Shown here one piece after another: positions 1-14,818 of a DNA stretch of 64,000 bases (position 1 is the stretch's first letter; the number at the start of each line of letters is the position of its first letter). A program made the translations under genes and the position numbers. Where the stretch lies: positions 25,188,628 to 25,252,627 of the forward strand of contig OZ037767.1 in assembly GCA_964035545.1 (NCBI GenBank), in the 5' to 3' direction. This DNA comes from Bugula neritina (lineage: Eukaryota; Animalia; Bryozoa). Under the pieces are notes generated by a model. The model did no database searches. It was not told the origin of the DNA and saw nothing but the letters and a program-made list of their open reading frames with translations.

Positions 1-98
1 AAATTAGTAGGCACTAGGAAATAACATTATTACTTAAAAGACCTATATATGTCATTTATTTGCAAGACTTAATGTATATAAACTATCTAATAAATTAC

Positions 99-3000
99 CT
101 TTAGCACTGAAGCCTGTTTTCATTCCCTCCAAGTCTTTAATTCGGCGTCTGAGTTCAGAGAGCGCCTCTCTTTGCCGATCAATAACAAGCTGGTGACGTT
201 CTCCTCTACACGCTAGTCCTAGAGAGGACAACTCCTGTTTTATCTGATTGTCTTCTTCTAAGACTCGTGTCTAAAGAATGAAATATCAATTGAGGCAGTG
301 TTGCCTGTGTGGCTAACAGAGAAATGAGGTTTGTGTATATAAGAAAAAGTACATTACACAAATTGTTACTTCATTGATACACTGTTCTTTACTCAAAAGT
401 AATTTTTGAATAAATGCACATTCCAACATTTGATTACCCAATAGAAACTAGTAGTAGCTTTCAGTCCAAACCAAAACATTTCCACGTTTTTCAACATAAG
501 TATAAAAATAAAAGCATCATATTGTGAATTTAAAGAACAAACTTTTAAATGAGAGCCTCATAAAAACCTTTGTCAACTACAAACATTAAAAGCACGTAAT
601 GAAAGTTAAAACAAAATAACAAAAAGATATGTAAATGAATGGTTTATGTCGATTAGATTTGTATGACAGTCCACATACCTGTTCACTGTGAGAATCATTT
701 GCTGCTGCCAGCTTCATATCCAGTACCCGCACCTGGTCTTCTCTATCACTCAGCTCCTTGCTCATCTTGTCCAACTTAGATTTCAGTTGGCTGTAAAACA
801 CGTGTAGGGTTACTTCAGCATCGATTTATTGGTTTAGTTAGCAATAGATGTGTTATTTGTAAAAAGCATTTTGTTCCTACTTCAATTAGTACCCAGATAA
901 ATTACAATGTTCAATTAATATTACTCATATTATAAACACTCCTGGTTTTGTTATTGTATCATTTACCAACAGGTTTGCCAATCAGTGGGTTTTGCAATAT
1001 ATCTATATTCAATTTACAAGGCGAGAGTTGATGCACTGTTTAAATAGACACAAGTCCTACTTCATTTCACTTGATGACCCGGCGACAGCGGCGGTCTTCT
1101 TGTCTACTATAGTTGACAGCTTAGCCAACTGCTGCTGAAGCTCCACCACTTCCTGTGACTTCTTTCTCACCAGGTCTCTGTTCATCTCTAGCTCTCGCTT
1201 GTGGGAGTCAGGAATCTCACCAGTCATATCCTAAAAACAAAAACAGCAGCTATGACAAAAGTAGCTATGGCAACAGTGAAATAAACTAGTTTTCTACTTA
1301 GTTTGAATCTTACTACTAACAGACCTACTCTATGAAATGAAACTTTTCAACAGGCCATAAAGTTGTGGAACCAGCCTAATTACACATAAAAAAACAGCTT
1401 TTTACATGAATTAATGGAAGTATATATACTTTTCATTGCAAATAAAAGAGAGTACTCTTTCAAGTTGATGAAACATTTGAAGAAAGATCTTTTCATTTAC
1501 ACTTTTAGGCATAACCTGGCCAGATCCTTTCTAGAATGATTTCTCAGAGAAAATTTGTATCAAAGGCTAACATCAAAAATCTCAAATCTTGCCAACGAAC
1601 TAAATCACTATACATCAACTTATTTATACATACTTCTTATGACAATACAATACTGAAAAATATCTTTCAAGAACATCAAATTATGCAGTCCATAGTTTTG
1701 CACACTTCTTATTTTATTATAATTTGGATTGACTAAACAATTCTATTTATATTAATAATAATATTTATATAACGCTGCTGTACACGAGACACTTGATATT
1801 ATTCCAAAATCTTCAGTTGAAAAACATTTTACTTTTGCAAGGAACTTGTCATTCTAGAACTAAAAATATTATAGAAGTAAAGATAACCTATAATAGTTGA
1901 AATCCTTGATTAAATAAACAATTTAATTATTTATAATACTAGTACAAAGCATTAGATATATGTAAAGGTTCAGTGAACTTCTGTGTTATGCAGTAGACAT
2001 AGCAAGGTGTTATTGTGTGAAATTAAAGTCAGTAGTAACTATAATAATATAATCAAAATTATTAATAATTAAAACAACTAATTCCAATGCCATCTATTTT
2101 CAAGTTATATTATATAATACCAACTGACCCTGTATATGTAGGTCAGATTAATTTGGGTACTTACACTAAGTCTAGCCTGAGCTCCAGCTAAGTCTTTCTT
2201 CAAACCAATTATAACATTCTGTTGCTCTTGGTTAATTTTCTTGAGATCAATACATTCTTGTCTACAGTATAAAACAATAGAGTGAGCCAGCTGTAAGCTT
2301 AATGTCTTTATCATCTAAAATCTATATGTTCACTCAAGTACTTGCGTTGATTGTCACAGCTTATATATTAATATAACGAAATACAGTCTCCAAAAAAGTT
2401 TTATGCTCCATAAAATGCCTTTGTTGAGAGTTTGTATTCTCATTTCAAACAGGCATTTGATACATCAGTAATAATTCAATAGTTCAGTGTTATTTGTATA
2501 GTACTTCCTGTGTCGTTTGTATGAATTGTAAAAATATTAGAATTAGTCATATAATTATCTGAGAGCTTAGAAAACCAAACTATAATACATGTTTACAAAT
2601 TTATTGTTATTTTTTTAATTAAAAGTTTTTAGCCACCCTAGGTAGAAAATTAATTTGCGCAGTTTTCATAATGGATGCCTGCACCCACTAGCTGAGAAGT
2701 TGAGGTGAAAGTAAATGTACAAAGTCTATGCCTTTAATAGTAGTACTATGATTTCATATTCTGAGACCATCAGTGGTTATTATTAAAAAGAGATCCTCTA
2801 ATCCAGTGCAAAAGAGATTGTTAAAATGATTATTTTCATTTTATGTGTTCATATCAGATGGGATCTCAAAAAGAATGAGTTCAAAGATAAAACAACAAGC
2901 TAGCCCAAGAAAAGCAGCTTGGGTCTCTTTGAATACAACATTTTCATCTTGCATGAGTGTTTTGTAATCAACTAGCAGAACATGACAGGTGTCCTAGAAT

Positions 3001-6000
3001 CTCTACCTGTGTTTTTCTGGATATTATTAGTAGTGTGTACTGAACTCATGCTGGCTATAGTTATAGCTGGAATCTACTTACTGCATTTGGTGTGGTAAGT
3101 AAGGAACTATATAGCTTCCATTATCAGAATATAAAATAATTGATGGAACTTGGGCAACACCAAGTCTAAGAGTTGAGTGACTATCAAGTGCCGTGAATTA
3201 AAAATGGCAGCTTTATTTAGCAATTAGACAACTAGTTATAAACTTATTTTAGCTAAAAAGTGTACAGCCTTTTTGAAGTCAAAAATATATTTCAATGGTT
3301 TCGAAAATTTAAATTGAATATGTTTTTAGCAAAAAGAGAAAGTCACTACCACAAGTGAGAGCAACCCGAAGATATGACCCCACATTCTATTTCAACATGG
3401 ATAGACCAGTGTATGCATTTGGTACACCTGAGGGGTCATCGGCAGCCCTTTCGGCAGCAACTAATCTTGGCTGGCAGCCCGACAGCGAAATGACTCAGCA
3501 TATCTGACAACTTACTTTTTATGGTGAAATGTTCTTCATCAATGACTTGAGAGTATAATTTATTTGCGGAATCAAATTTTTTTATATAGTATTACAATAA
3601 TTTTTTCAAATAATAAAATGCTACTTGCATGTATATATGAATAGCAAATGAGTTGATCAGTGTTAAATAAGCTGTGAGTTGAGAAAATGGTGAAATGCAT
3701 TTTACAAATAGTTGATGTTGTGTAGTAATGTGAATTCTAATTCAGTTTTAGGAAAAGGTTAACAACACTAACAGAGATTTGAAAATTTTACAGCAAAGAA
3801 TTAATTATCAGACACAATCTGTTCTCAATTTCATGTAGCTTAAAACCCTTCTTGGAAGCAAATGATATAATAAATATAAATATTTCAATAGTGAATATAC
3901 CATGTTTTATCTTTACTAAGATGAGTATAGCCAAACAGACTACTTACGAGATTTCCATGATAGTGTAACGAAAGTGACCAAGTAAAATTTGCACTGACTA
4001 AAATACAACTCCTGACACTTGTTTGTGTTGCTAACATTGAAACACAAACTGATGGCAATTGATTAACACAGTATTGGTGCCAGCACTAATAAATAATCAA
4101 TAACCTAATAGATTATGAAGCACTAGATTGAATTACTGTAAATCAGGTGTTATGCTGCACAAGTTGATAAAAAATTCTTTTGATGATTTAAGCTATTGAA
4201 ATAATGCAAGAAAAATAGCAAATCGAAATGCAGTGTATTGAGCATATTCATAGAGACGTGAAATTGACACCATAACCTTCCCTGAGCTGCCAACGTTGAG
4301 ACTTGGTTTACATAGCATCAACGGAGTGCAAGTTGAAGTGACAAAATCTAATAATGAGAAGGAATTCCCAGCAGAGATCATGGATAAGGTCTACCTGTAT
4401 TTCTACATGACCATTTGCTGTTTTTGGGCTTTCACTTATTTTAATTTATGTTTCAAATACTTGTTATACTAGATATATCAAAATACTGAAGCGTGTAGAA
4501 TCACTGAATTGGAAGATTATATTCCAATTCAGTGTGTAGAATTCTAACCAATTCCTAGTTTGTTTAAGCTATAAATAATTAATTTCCAACTTAAAAAGTA
4601 TATATAACAATCAATATAATGTAAATACAAGACAATCTCATGAACTTCAGAATATTATTAAAAGTAATGCAATATACTAAAACATATAAATAGATTCTAA
4701 CTTCTACTCATATATCTAAGCATTGAAACAGATTGTTTAAAAGTTATATTCATAGTCTCATACTATTCACCTTGTCTACTTTCTTACAAACAAGTTTTCT
4801 GCTTTTGTGCTAAAAGAAAAAATATGAAATCAAAAGTCCCCCCCCCCTACAATACTCAACTGTGATTGGCTATAGCAACACATATTAGAGTTAGCCTGCA
4901 GTTCTATAGTTGATGTTTAATTAGTTGTGTTTTCAGTACAACTGAGTTGCAGTGTGTGCCTCAAGAATTACTAACCTGACTGTAGCTACTGTGTGCTGTA
5001 GTGCCACAACGTCTGCAGTAGGTACTTGCTCTACAATCACTTTAGGCTTAGGCTGCTCAACAGCTGCTGCTTTCTTCGGAGGTGGACGGGAGGACAACTC
5101 TTGGAGCTTCTGTTTGAGAGAACTACAAGAGAGTGAATATTATGTGACCTTATATCTGGGTTGATGAATCTTCAAGCAAACATTCTTAAACAGCCACTCT
5201 TATTTTTTCGACTGCAAATGAGATTTTTTAGCAATAAACAAATTTATGTGCGCCAATATTATCTAAGCTGCATAGATAGCTAGAAGCAAAATGTCTAAAT
5301 CATTAGTTTTTTTTTCACAAATTATTAAGTGATTGAGTCAATATACAGCAATATACACATATTATTATTACAACAGTTTTATTATCCAAATGAGTAAAGG
5401 TTTTACTAAGTGGATATATTATACAAGGTTAACTTTACCAGGTAATTCCTTTTAAAAAATGATTCTTCGAAATAAAATGCAATAATTGCAGATTATAAAA
5501 CAAATTGAAATTCAAAACATAAAAATGCTGGTTAAATAAGATAACTTCCAATCATTTGATCATGGGCATTGCTTTCAAAATTTATATAAACTTTAATAGA
5601 ATTTCTGTTGACACAACTGTAATACAAGCAAAAACCAATGTGTAAAAATTTTGTTAATTTATCCTACTTACTTCCTATCAAGCTGCATTAAAGTTTGTAA
5701 AACAAAAATGTTTTGCAATAATTTACCTATTTTCTTGCTGCAGGGTTTTGCTTTTCTTCTGAGCTTTGTTCAGCCGTTCTTCCATGGAGCAGATGGTAAC
5801 AGAGTGCTGTCTGATTTGCTCCTTGTAGCTTTGCAGGTTCTCGTCTTCATTTAAAATCCTAGAGTCAAAATCGGCTTTAAGAGCTTCAATTTCCTCCACT
5901 TTGGATTGTTCTAACTCAGCCAGTTCCTTTCTTAAGTCCTCCTGTGATATTGTGTTGAATCAATGGATTAGAAAAGTTTTCTTAAGTATTCATCAAGTAG

Positions 6001-9000
6001 TTTAACCAACATTTCCTGAGTGTTATTAAATTGATTGACAATAAGTTGTGTAAGGGCTTTTAATTTATTCAAACTACAAACAACCAAAAATGGTTTTAAT
6101 TTATAATACCCTCGATAAATTACTATAAACTAAATCACAGACTCAAATGAAAAACTCCATAAGAAAAACAGAATTTCATTTCGCTTTTTCCATCATATGA
6201 ATCATAGTTATAGAATAAAATTGGCATAAACAAACAATAATAAGCCAATACATTTAGGTTACAAGCTTGAACTAAACTTTACTAGTAATTTGACATGAAT
6301 TCAAGCTGTTAACATACCTGAACCTTTTCACTGTCTTCCAGTAGTTTCAATGCTTGACTCGCAGCTTCCAGTTTGCTTTTCTCTGCTTCTTGCTGTTCAA
6401 GGAACGACTGTTTGAGTGCGGCCATATTGGATTCTAATTCTTCACACTTCTTTCTCTCAATCTCTACTGAACTTTCTCTTCTCTCACTTTCAATAGCTCT
6501 CAGGTCTTCAATGGTCTTGTTCATACGCTCCTCGACTGCAGGTCAATTTATTTAATTATATTATTACAGAAGAGTCAAAACTGCTTGTAAAAATGACTAC
6601 AAAAAAATTTTTGTGAACAAGAAAATGCTAATTAAAATTTGAGAAATGATTTTAATTTGGTAATTGCATACTAATATGAGATTCAGTTGCAACACAGGCA
6701 GTTGACTGGTTACATTAACTTCATTTTCACACCTATACAGAGGTGATCCTGTTAGGGTTCATTTATACTAATTTCATATTGCAGCTAAAGTAACGAGGAA
6801 ACTGGCTGTCTATACCTTCCCGTCTAGCCTGTTCTCGGGCCTCAGAAACCTTTTCAGTCATTTCCTGTTTGAGATTAGCGGCTTGTGTTGCCAGCTCAGC
6901 TTTGTGGTTAGCTTCAATGGTTCTTATAGTAGACTCTACACTATCTTTATCTTTAATAGCCTTTTCCCATTTGGAGAATAAGCCACTGATGTGTTTGGAT
7001 GGTGCTAAAACAAAATGTTTTCACATAACTTAAAATAACTTAAAAGAGGATTCATTTAACAATTTGAATGTAAAATTTGTAAAACTACAGCTATCAACAA
7101 AATTATCTGATTCCAGATAAAACACCAGTTTGGTAAGATATTTTAAAACTCAGATAATCATATCTCATAACTTCTAAGTTGGCCATCATACTAAGTGCTG
7201 ACTGTACTAAAACATACCATCAGTGGATAAGGCTACGTTGATGCCGCACTTCTCTAATGCGTCTTCAATATCCTGCTGCCAGTTGAGTTGAGCTTGTAAG
7301 TTGTCTACGAGCACCTGCTTTATGATCTGAATGGTGTCAGAAGCACCCAGGAAAGAGAGAGATTGCAAGAGAGACAACTCCTGTTTGAGTGGCCCACTTA
7401 GTAGGCCACTAGCTTGGAGACGACTCTAAATTAAAGCATTATAGATGTGTTTCTCACACTACAAACATTATGTTTAGCATATGATACGACAATCTGAACA
7501 CCCAAATTAAAAGGTCCAGTACGGTTATTAGGCTATTTTTACCAAAAGCATAAAAATAAAAACAAACATAGGATTTTATAGGAATCACTAGTACAAGATG
7601 CTGAACTGTAAGTAAAAAGTTCAATCGTGATTTAGTAGATGGAGGGAATACTCACATGCGACTCTGAAAGGTGCTGCTTCAGCGCTTTCAATGCCTTCTC
7701 TCCCTTCTTTTCTTGAACTCCCTGCTGTTTGATTTGTTCCTTCATTTCTGTGATTTGCTTTTGATTGGTTGTTCTCTCATCAATTAACTTCTTCAGAGCA
7801 TCCATTAGCTGGTCATCAGGCATTTCATCATCCGGGTATTTCACACCAGGAGTTGAGAAAGCAACTTGCACTACACGGTTTCGAAACCTCTCAGCCTAAA
7901 ATTAGTGAAAGCACCAAAATTAGTGAGTCAAGTTATTCAACATTTACGTAAGTAAATAAGACATTGTCAAGAAAATAGCACGTAAATGTGATTGGCTGAA
8001 TTTTTAAGAGGTGCAAATGTTTTTTCAACTTGTCTGACCGCCTTTGAAAATGAGCCTGTTCGGGTTATAGAAACTTGTGGCAATTTTTTTGTTAAAACAG
8101 GGAATGTTTGAACTGAACTTAAATAACCAGCTCACCTTCTTGTTGACCTGTTCAAGGTCAACTCTGATAGCTCGCTCAGCTCTCTGTGCGTCTAGAAACT
8201 CGGCCTTGCAGTGTTGAACCTCAGACTGTAACTTCATCTGCTCGGCACTAGACTCGGCTAGTCGAGCTTCCTTCCTGTCCATCTCTGCCTTCATCGTCTT
8301 CATCCCATCTGTGAGTTCTTGAATCTTATTCTCTGCATTTTTAAATTGCTACAACGAGTACATGAAAATGATTAGTAATCTGAAGATACTAGGCACACGA
8401 CACTATTGATACTGCATAACTATAATGCAGGTCAAACAGCCTTCAAATAATTGTTTAGTCAGTTTATATATTGCACTCTAAATATTTTTATAATATTAGT
8501 ATTCCATTCTCATTAATTGAAAATAATCACTTAAATCATTAAGTCAAAAGTTGTTTTTAGTAAAAAAATATGCAAATAAGGAATAATCTATCAGCAAGCT
8601 TGAGACATAATCTAAACTCTCATATGAATGTGTTAACAAGAGAAAACAATTCATAAAAAAGCTATAAAATGACTGTGATCACCAGTCGGGTCTGCAATCA
8701 GAGTGAAGCTGTTTTGCTTTTACTTGAAATAACAAGAGAGGGGAGATGAAAGATAGAAACAGCCTACAGGGTTTCTCATTAGGGAATTTCTAACATACTA
8801 AAGACAAAATCATACTCTTATTGGAATATAAGATTATATAATAATTATATTCATGATTAAATTCAAATATAACAAATATGTAAAATTATTAAACTCATTA
8901 ATCTTATTAACTGCATGCAATATGAGCCAAGCAACACCACTGCATGATAGAAACCGTGTACACAGTGTGTGTGCCCAACTTTCAACAAACTGTGTGTGAA

Positions 9001-12000
9001 ATAGCCATGTGTGATCTTGCATAAAAGTTGGTCCACTTAGCCCTCACCCCCTTTAATAAATTATACTTAAGCAGATACTAATGATCCATACAGAAATTTC
9101 TTCAAACAAAATGCATATACTATATCTCATATTATTTTGCTGTAATAAAAATGGTTATAAAATAAAACTGTCCATTGAGTAAAGGAAAGATATGCTACAC
9201 TTTGTGTACATCAGTAAACACAAGCATGCACATAAAATATGCATAAACCAGGAAAACTGTTTTTATGGCTGTCATTGCTAGAGCCAGTTTCGATGTAATC
9301 TTTTATGCAAGAGAAAGCATGGATAAGTGCAACAACATAACATACATGTAGAGCGTTGTGGTATGGCAGCATGAGGAAATAATAAACTAATACTAAGGGA
9401 TGAATCTAATTGGTAAAGTTAAGGTGAGGTGGATTTCTTACTCTTTTTTGTCTATAATCAGCCTATTGTAATCATAAAAACATGATTATAATAAATAATA
9501 GTTGAACCATTAGCTTACCTATACATGCAAAGACTATACAAAATACTCCAATGTTATGTCCAGTATAAAAAAAAGATTTTTATTCTCAAAGTACTTGCTC
9601 ACAACTAATAAACTATCTGATAAAATACCTATACACTTTTATACTCTGTGTAGCATGTTATGAAACAAAGATATATAGCAGCTTATAGCTATCGCGAAGT
9701 AACAGTAGCTGCACCAATCAAACCGACTCATTTCTCTACTACACGACACCAGAATAAATAGCTAGTTGAAAATACAGACATAATAAAATGTACCTAGATG
9801 TTAACAAAAATTCCACAAATGCAAACGCTTATTTCACAACAGACTCCACAAATGTATATTTCACAAGCCCTGACTACTAAGTACACACTGTACTCACCAA
9901 ACGGAGGCCAACAAGCTCCTTATCCCTGGCTGTTTCTTCACTGCTGTCCTGCGCTGACTGTTTTACTCGAGACATCTTAGATGTCAGCGTTGCTATCTGC
10001 ACATCTCTGTTTCTGACGTCTTTCTTTAACTGTTCAATTTCTCTAGTCAGTCTGCTGATGGATGTATCCTGACAAGATAGAACTCTAGAGTTGACCCTTG
10101 CAGGTAAGGTGATGCATACAGGTGATGTAAATGCCTATTATTAGCAAGCGAAGGTATTTCATCGCCTTCAGATGGTTATGTGCAAATGCAAGAGCATAGC
10201 GAGATACGAAATATATAGAAATGGTAAACCTTTCAGATATTAAGTTAAGCCCATGATTAATTTAACTGTTTTAATGTGATGCATCTCGTTGAAAACCTGG
10301 ATTTTCTCAACATAGCATTAATTAAATTTACCAATTGTTATATATTATAGTCAATAATAAATATTTCCTAGAGCTAATGAATAACAATCAGGTGGCACTT
10401 GAACAAAAAATAACTTGTTCATCCCAGACTCACAAAATTTTCCTATATTCTAGCATTTTCCATTCTATAATGCAATGCAAAAAAATGTTTTCTTGTCTTT
10501 AGTGTTGTGCAATAATTAAGAAAGATAATTGCGACTAAAAGAATTAGACTCTTGTTTCAAGGTGATAACTGCACAGATGTAATTAAAGAGAGAAGATAAC
10601 TTGAGAAATCAGAAATATCACAGCATACAGATGGAAAATAAACTCCTCTCTCATACCTTTAATGTCACATCACAGTAGGCCAAGCTAGCCTAGTTACAAG
10701 TAATTTAATAGATTGTGTAACTAGCATCGCCAGGCATTGTTCAAACTAAGTGGGAAAATTCACAAGACTAAGGAATAGTTGCATCCCGGAACTAGGGACA
10801 ACTCCAAATAAAAAAGTGCAACTTTACAGCTGCATACAACTAAAATCTTGTAACAACTGAAGCTGTAAATATTCAACCAGTTTTGGCTGAATTTTAAAAA
10901 GAAGACAAATTAGGTTTTATTGCACAAATTTCAGCTAATTTGTTATACCTACTGCAAGTATAAGATGTTTGAATGTTAAGGCGATTTAATATGAAGTAGT
11001 AAGAAATTCATTGTTTAAAATGTCAGCTATTGGCCAATTACAAATATTCTTACAAGAATGAAACCCGTAAATGGGACGTTAAATGCTATGCTATATATTA
11101 AATATTTGAGCAATATTGCCAAACCCCATCAATGAGCTACCTTTTCTTACAAAGTCATCGTTTCAAGTTGTATAAGTATCTGTTACTTCATCATTAGTTT
11201 TTAAACTATGAATATTTTTCAACAAAGATCACATGACTAACCTTAGAGCTCATATCTCTTTGAGTTTGATTCACCAGACCGGATATGATATTCTTATCCT
11301 TTCTAACTCTCTCCAACTCAGCTCTGACGGAGTGCAGCTCCTGCAACTTGTCATTAAACTCCTGCACAGTCACTGTATCTTCAGAGATCAAGTTCTTCCT
11401 CGATCTCTCCAGCTTGTTTACCTTTCAGTGGTTACAGAAATACGTGATTACATGAATACTTAATGCAATGTACCTAAACCAAGTTACAAAACTATTTTTA
11501 GATAGATTATTCAGACTTGATTAAAATATCTTACAATAAAAAGTGTCACCCATGTTTTTACAACAAACAACAATCAATATATTCATAGTCTGAATATAGA
11601 AAACAGGACTGACTTAAATAATGTTATTTTATTAAAGGAATAATAGCAAAGCTAACATAGTAGCTATATGCTATATGCTACTAACATATTATAGCTGAAT
11701 TGACATACACATATCTCCATATTATTTTTAAAAAAATATTCTTACACCAGCAAATATGGGTTACAATTTTATTATTAATTATTAAAACGAAGTGCTACAA
11801 GTTTTATAAATACATACAAATATACATCTGAGAAATAAGTTATGTAATTACATCAGCTGTGTCTTGAAAGTAGTAACAAAGATTATTTGAAAAATCAACA
11901 TATGTAATCAACATGCAACCCAACAATAGTTGTGATTGGCTCCGGCACTGAAAGCAACACTTTAAAAATATCACCAGCATTGCACAGTTAAACCTCTGCT

Positions 12001-14818
12001 GCTGTAGATATGCATCTGATATATACAATACAATCAATGTGCATAGGGAAATGTGGTAGTGTATTTTGTAATAGACATCAATATCTCCCAGCAACTAACC
12101 TAATCTCTTCCCCTCTACAAACATTAATTAATATAATGATTGAATTGTTAGTTGAAAAACATGGTGTTTGTTTATATGTGTTCATAACTGATTAACTGAA
12201 CACCTGATAGTCAATAGTATAATGTAGTGCCAGTTTGGTTATTGCTTTAGGTTAAATAACAAACCTTGTCTTTCAGCACAGCTATTTCTGTCTTTTTACC
12301 ATGTAACTCTTTCTCTAGCTTGTCCACCATTTTGTTTGTGTCACTATTCTGCTGCTGAGCTGCCATTTGTTGCTTTAGTTGAGTGAGTTCAGCGTTTAGT
12401 TGCTCTAAAATTGAACAAAGAAATGCATTAATTTTGTTATTAGCTTTATAACTCAACATTATAAGAAAGGATAAAATTACTCCCACCTTGCTAATACTAT
12501 TTGCTTTGTGTGCAAAAATAGTTATATTGTCATCCTTTCAAGAATTCAAATAAATTCGACACTTACATTTTAGTAAAAAATATATAATTGTTATTTAATT
12601 CTAAAAAAAAAAATTAAAAAATTTAGAAAAATATTATGATATTTGATTTAAAGAAATTTTATTTTAATTGTTTTATTATTCAATATATTTTCTCTAAACC
12701 AGCCATTATATAATGAACCATATCATAATATTAGCTTAGAAACAATGCTAGAAGACTATTATAATAACAAAGCAGCATTTGTAAGCTACTAAATTGATCA
12801 CTGCAATCACCTCACTCAATACTAATTGAAGCATTGAAATACTTTATAACATTATGAGAGGTCAATAATACTGCAACTTCCAATAACAATACAAGTTTAA
12901 ACTGGCAGCTAAAACTACTAGAAATTTGATTATTAGATTATTGAAAGACATTTCTCTTTCAGTTATAAATTAGATGCAACTCAATTTTCCAAGTCTTTCA
13001 AAACTTAAACTAATTATTTTTCTGACCGAATTTAATCATGGGAGAGCATGTGAGTCTATTAAATATTGGCAGCCTAATTATAACTAGTCAATTATAACAA
13101 GGAAATCAATTTATTATTGAATATTATAACAGGCCCTTAAGATTGCAATTTGCAATTGATGTCTAAAAGAAGATGTAATTTGAATGCATAATTTCTTATG
13201 TCATTTGTAGATCAGTCAGTCGCAGCTATTAAATTTGAATCAACTAATAAAATACTAAGAAAATATACCCAGCATACCAATTTTCAAGTTTTTCCTTTCA
13301 TAATCCTTTTGAATAGCCTGTAACCTCATCAGTTCATCATTTAGTCGAGCTATCTTTTGATCTTTCTCTTTTTGTAACGTAAGAATATCAGTGGTAGGAG
13401 AGTCAGCTGGTCTGTCACCGGCAGCAGGTGGACCAGTCACCCAAGACCCTGACAAGTAATATAATATATAAATAATATAAATACAGGTAAATATAGAATA
13501 TAAACACAGCTACATATATAATATAAATACAGGTAAATATAGAATATAAACACAGCTACATATATAATATAAATACAGGTAAATACATAATATAAATACA
13601 GGTACATATCTAATATAAATACAAGTAAATATATAATATGAACACAGGTAAATATAGAATATAAACACAGCTACATATATAATATAAATACAGGTAAATA
13701 TATAATATAAATACAGCTAAATATATAATATGAATACAGGTAAATAGATAATATAAATACAGGTAAACATATAATATAAATTCAGTTAAATATGTAATAT
13801 ATATTTTATGTTGTGTTGTAACTAACTTTATTTCCTTAGAATAAAAAAAATATACAAAAAGAAAAACTAGAAAGATTTTAACCTCTAATTGCTGTAGGAA
13901 TATCAGTCTGGTGCCTTCGAGCACCTGCACTAAGTGGTCGTGACCGAAGGGAAACAGTAGCATGCTGCGGTAATGCTGTGGGTGCTGAGGAAGTCCAGCT
14001 AGGTAGACTGGCTGGCTGGGTGTTCAGTGGCAAGTGTGGGAGTCCTTGCTCTTGAGGTGGGGGTTGATATGGGTTCCGTGTTATACTACTGTTAGCTTGC
14101 CACCCTCTTTGTTGTATGGACGGCTATAAACAGGCAAATACATTATATAGTAAATTATATTTTATATCAATTTGATATATCATTCTCAAAAATTTGTTCA
14201 AACATTTAAAAAATACATTTTAGATAAATAAACATAAATTGTCGCTGTTACCAAATTTAAGACTAATTTACTATTTGTGAAGTATATATTCTCTTACAAA
14301 GTCAAAATCCACAGCTTCCCACGTTATAGCTATACTAGGTAAAAGGAATTTAGCTTTTATATCATATTTGAACTTCCACATCAAAATTGAAATAAGCAAA
14401 CACACAGTGAAAAATAAAGCTGCTTTCATCAAAAGATTCCATTGATACTGTAATAATCGTTTGCTTTCACAAAATTTGATTGCTGTGAAGCAAAATAAAA
14501 ACAAAGATTATTGATTGCTGAACTTACATCATCCAGTTCGAACTGGTACACTGACCCTCCATAACCAAATCTGATTTGATCAAATGGAGCGAGTCTCACA
14601 GCTGCGTTTTGGATGCGAGTTTCATTGATATAAGTACCCTGAGCAGAGTTGAGATCTTGCAATACATAACAGTTTTCTTCTTCACAAAACTCAACTAATG
14701 CATGCTGAAGGTCAACACTGGGTGACTGAATGGTTATATCACAATTTTCTCTACCCACTGTAGTTATTTTTGGAGCTAGTGATAAGAGAGTGTCAGTTGA
14801 GCGGAGAAACCCTCTCAT
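99..14818 (-). CDS. FHAD1: Forkhead-associated domain-containing protein 1 (FHA domain + long coiled coil); 3' end lies left of the window
   Basis: 17 phase-compatible GT-AG exons: 14818-14528, 14123-13883, 13448-13278, 12404-12265, 11421-11242, 10068-9898, 8348-8136, 7895-7656, 7425-7218, 7004-6816, 6535-6318, 5941-5727, 5122-4976, 2261-2165, 1230-1061, 790-679, 270-99 (~1058 codons, no stops). N-terminal FHA domain ([31 protein letters not shown]). FHAD1-type blocks [56 protein letters not shown]. Confidence 0.92.
1261..1274. promoter_or_regulatory. RFX X-box-like motif in an FHAD1 intron
   Basis: GTAGCTATGGCAAC, a 14-bp near-palindrome fitting the X-box consensus; motif match only. Confidence 0.35.
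2982..3507 (+). CDS. Putative 96-aa single-pass membrane protein nested antisense in FHAD1 intron 2262-4975
   Basis: Exon 2982-3094 (ATG, ending TG|GTAAGT) joins in phase to exon 3330-3507 (TGTTTTTAG|C, TGA stop). Protein: [96 protein letters not shown]. Hydrophobic segment followed directly by C-KKRK; both exons are GC-richer than the flanks; AATAAA at 3612-3617. Confidence 0.7.
13455..13800. repeat. Intronic minisatellite, ~21-23 bp degenerate unit (AATATAAATACAGGTAAATATAT-like)
   Basis: Directly visible tandem array filling most of FHAD1 intron 13449-13882. Confidence 0.9.

Noticed and set aside
10685-10806. Two small hairpins in an FHAD1 intron as an H/ACA snoRNA or miRNA
   Set aside because: Stems are short and no convincing H box lies between them; an Infernal/Rfam search would be needed.
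13610-13963. 117-aa minus-strand ORF
   Set aside because: An off-frame read of an FHAD1 exon running into a minisatellite intron.
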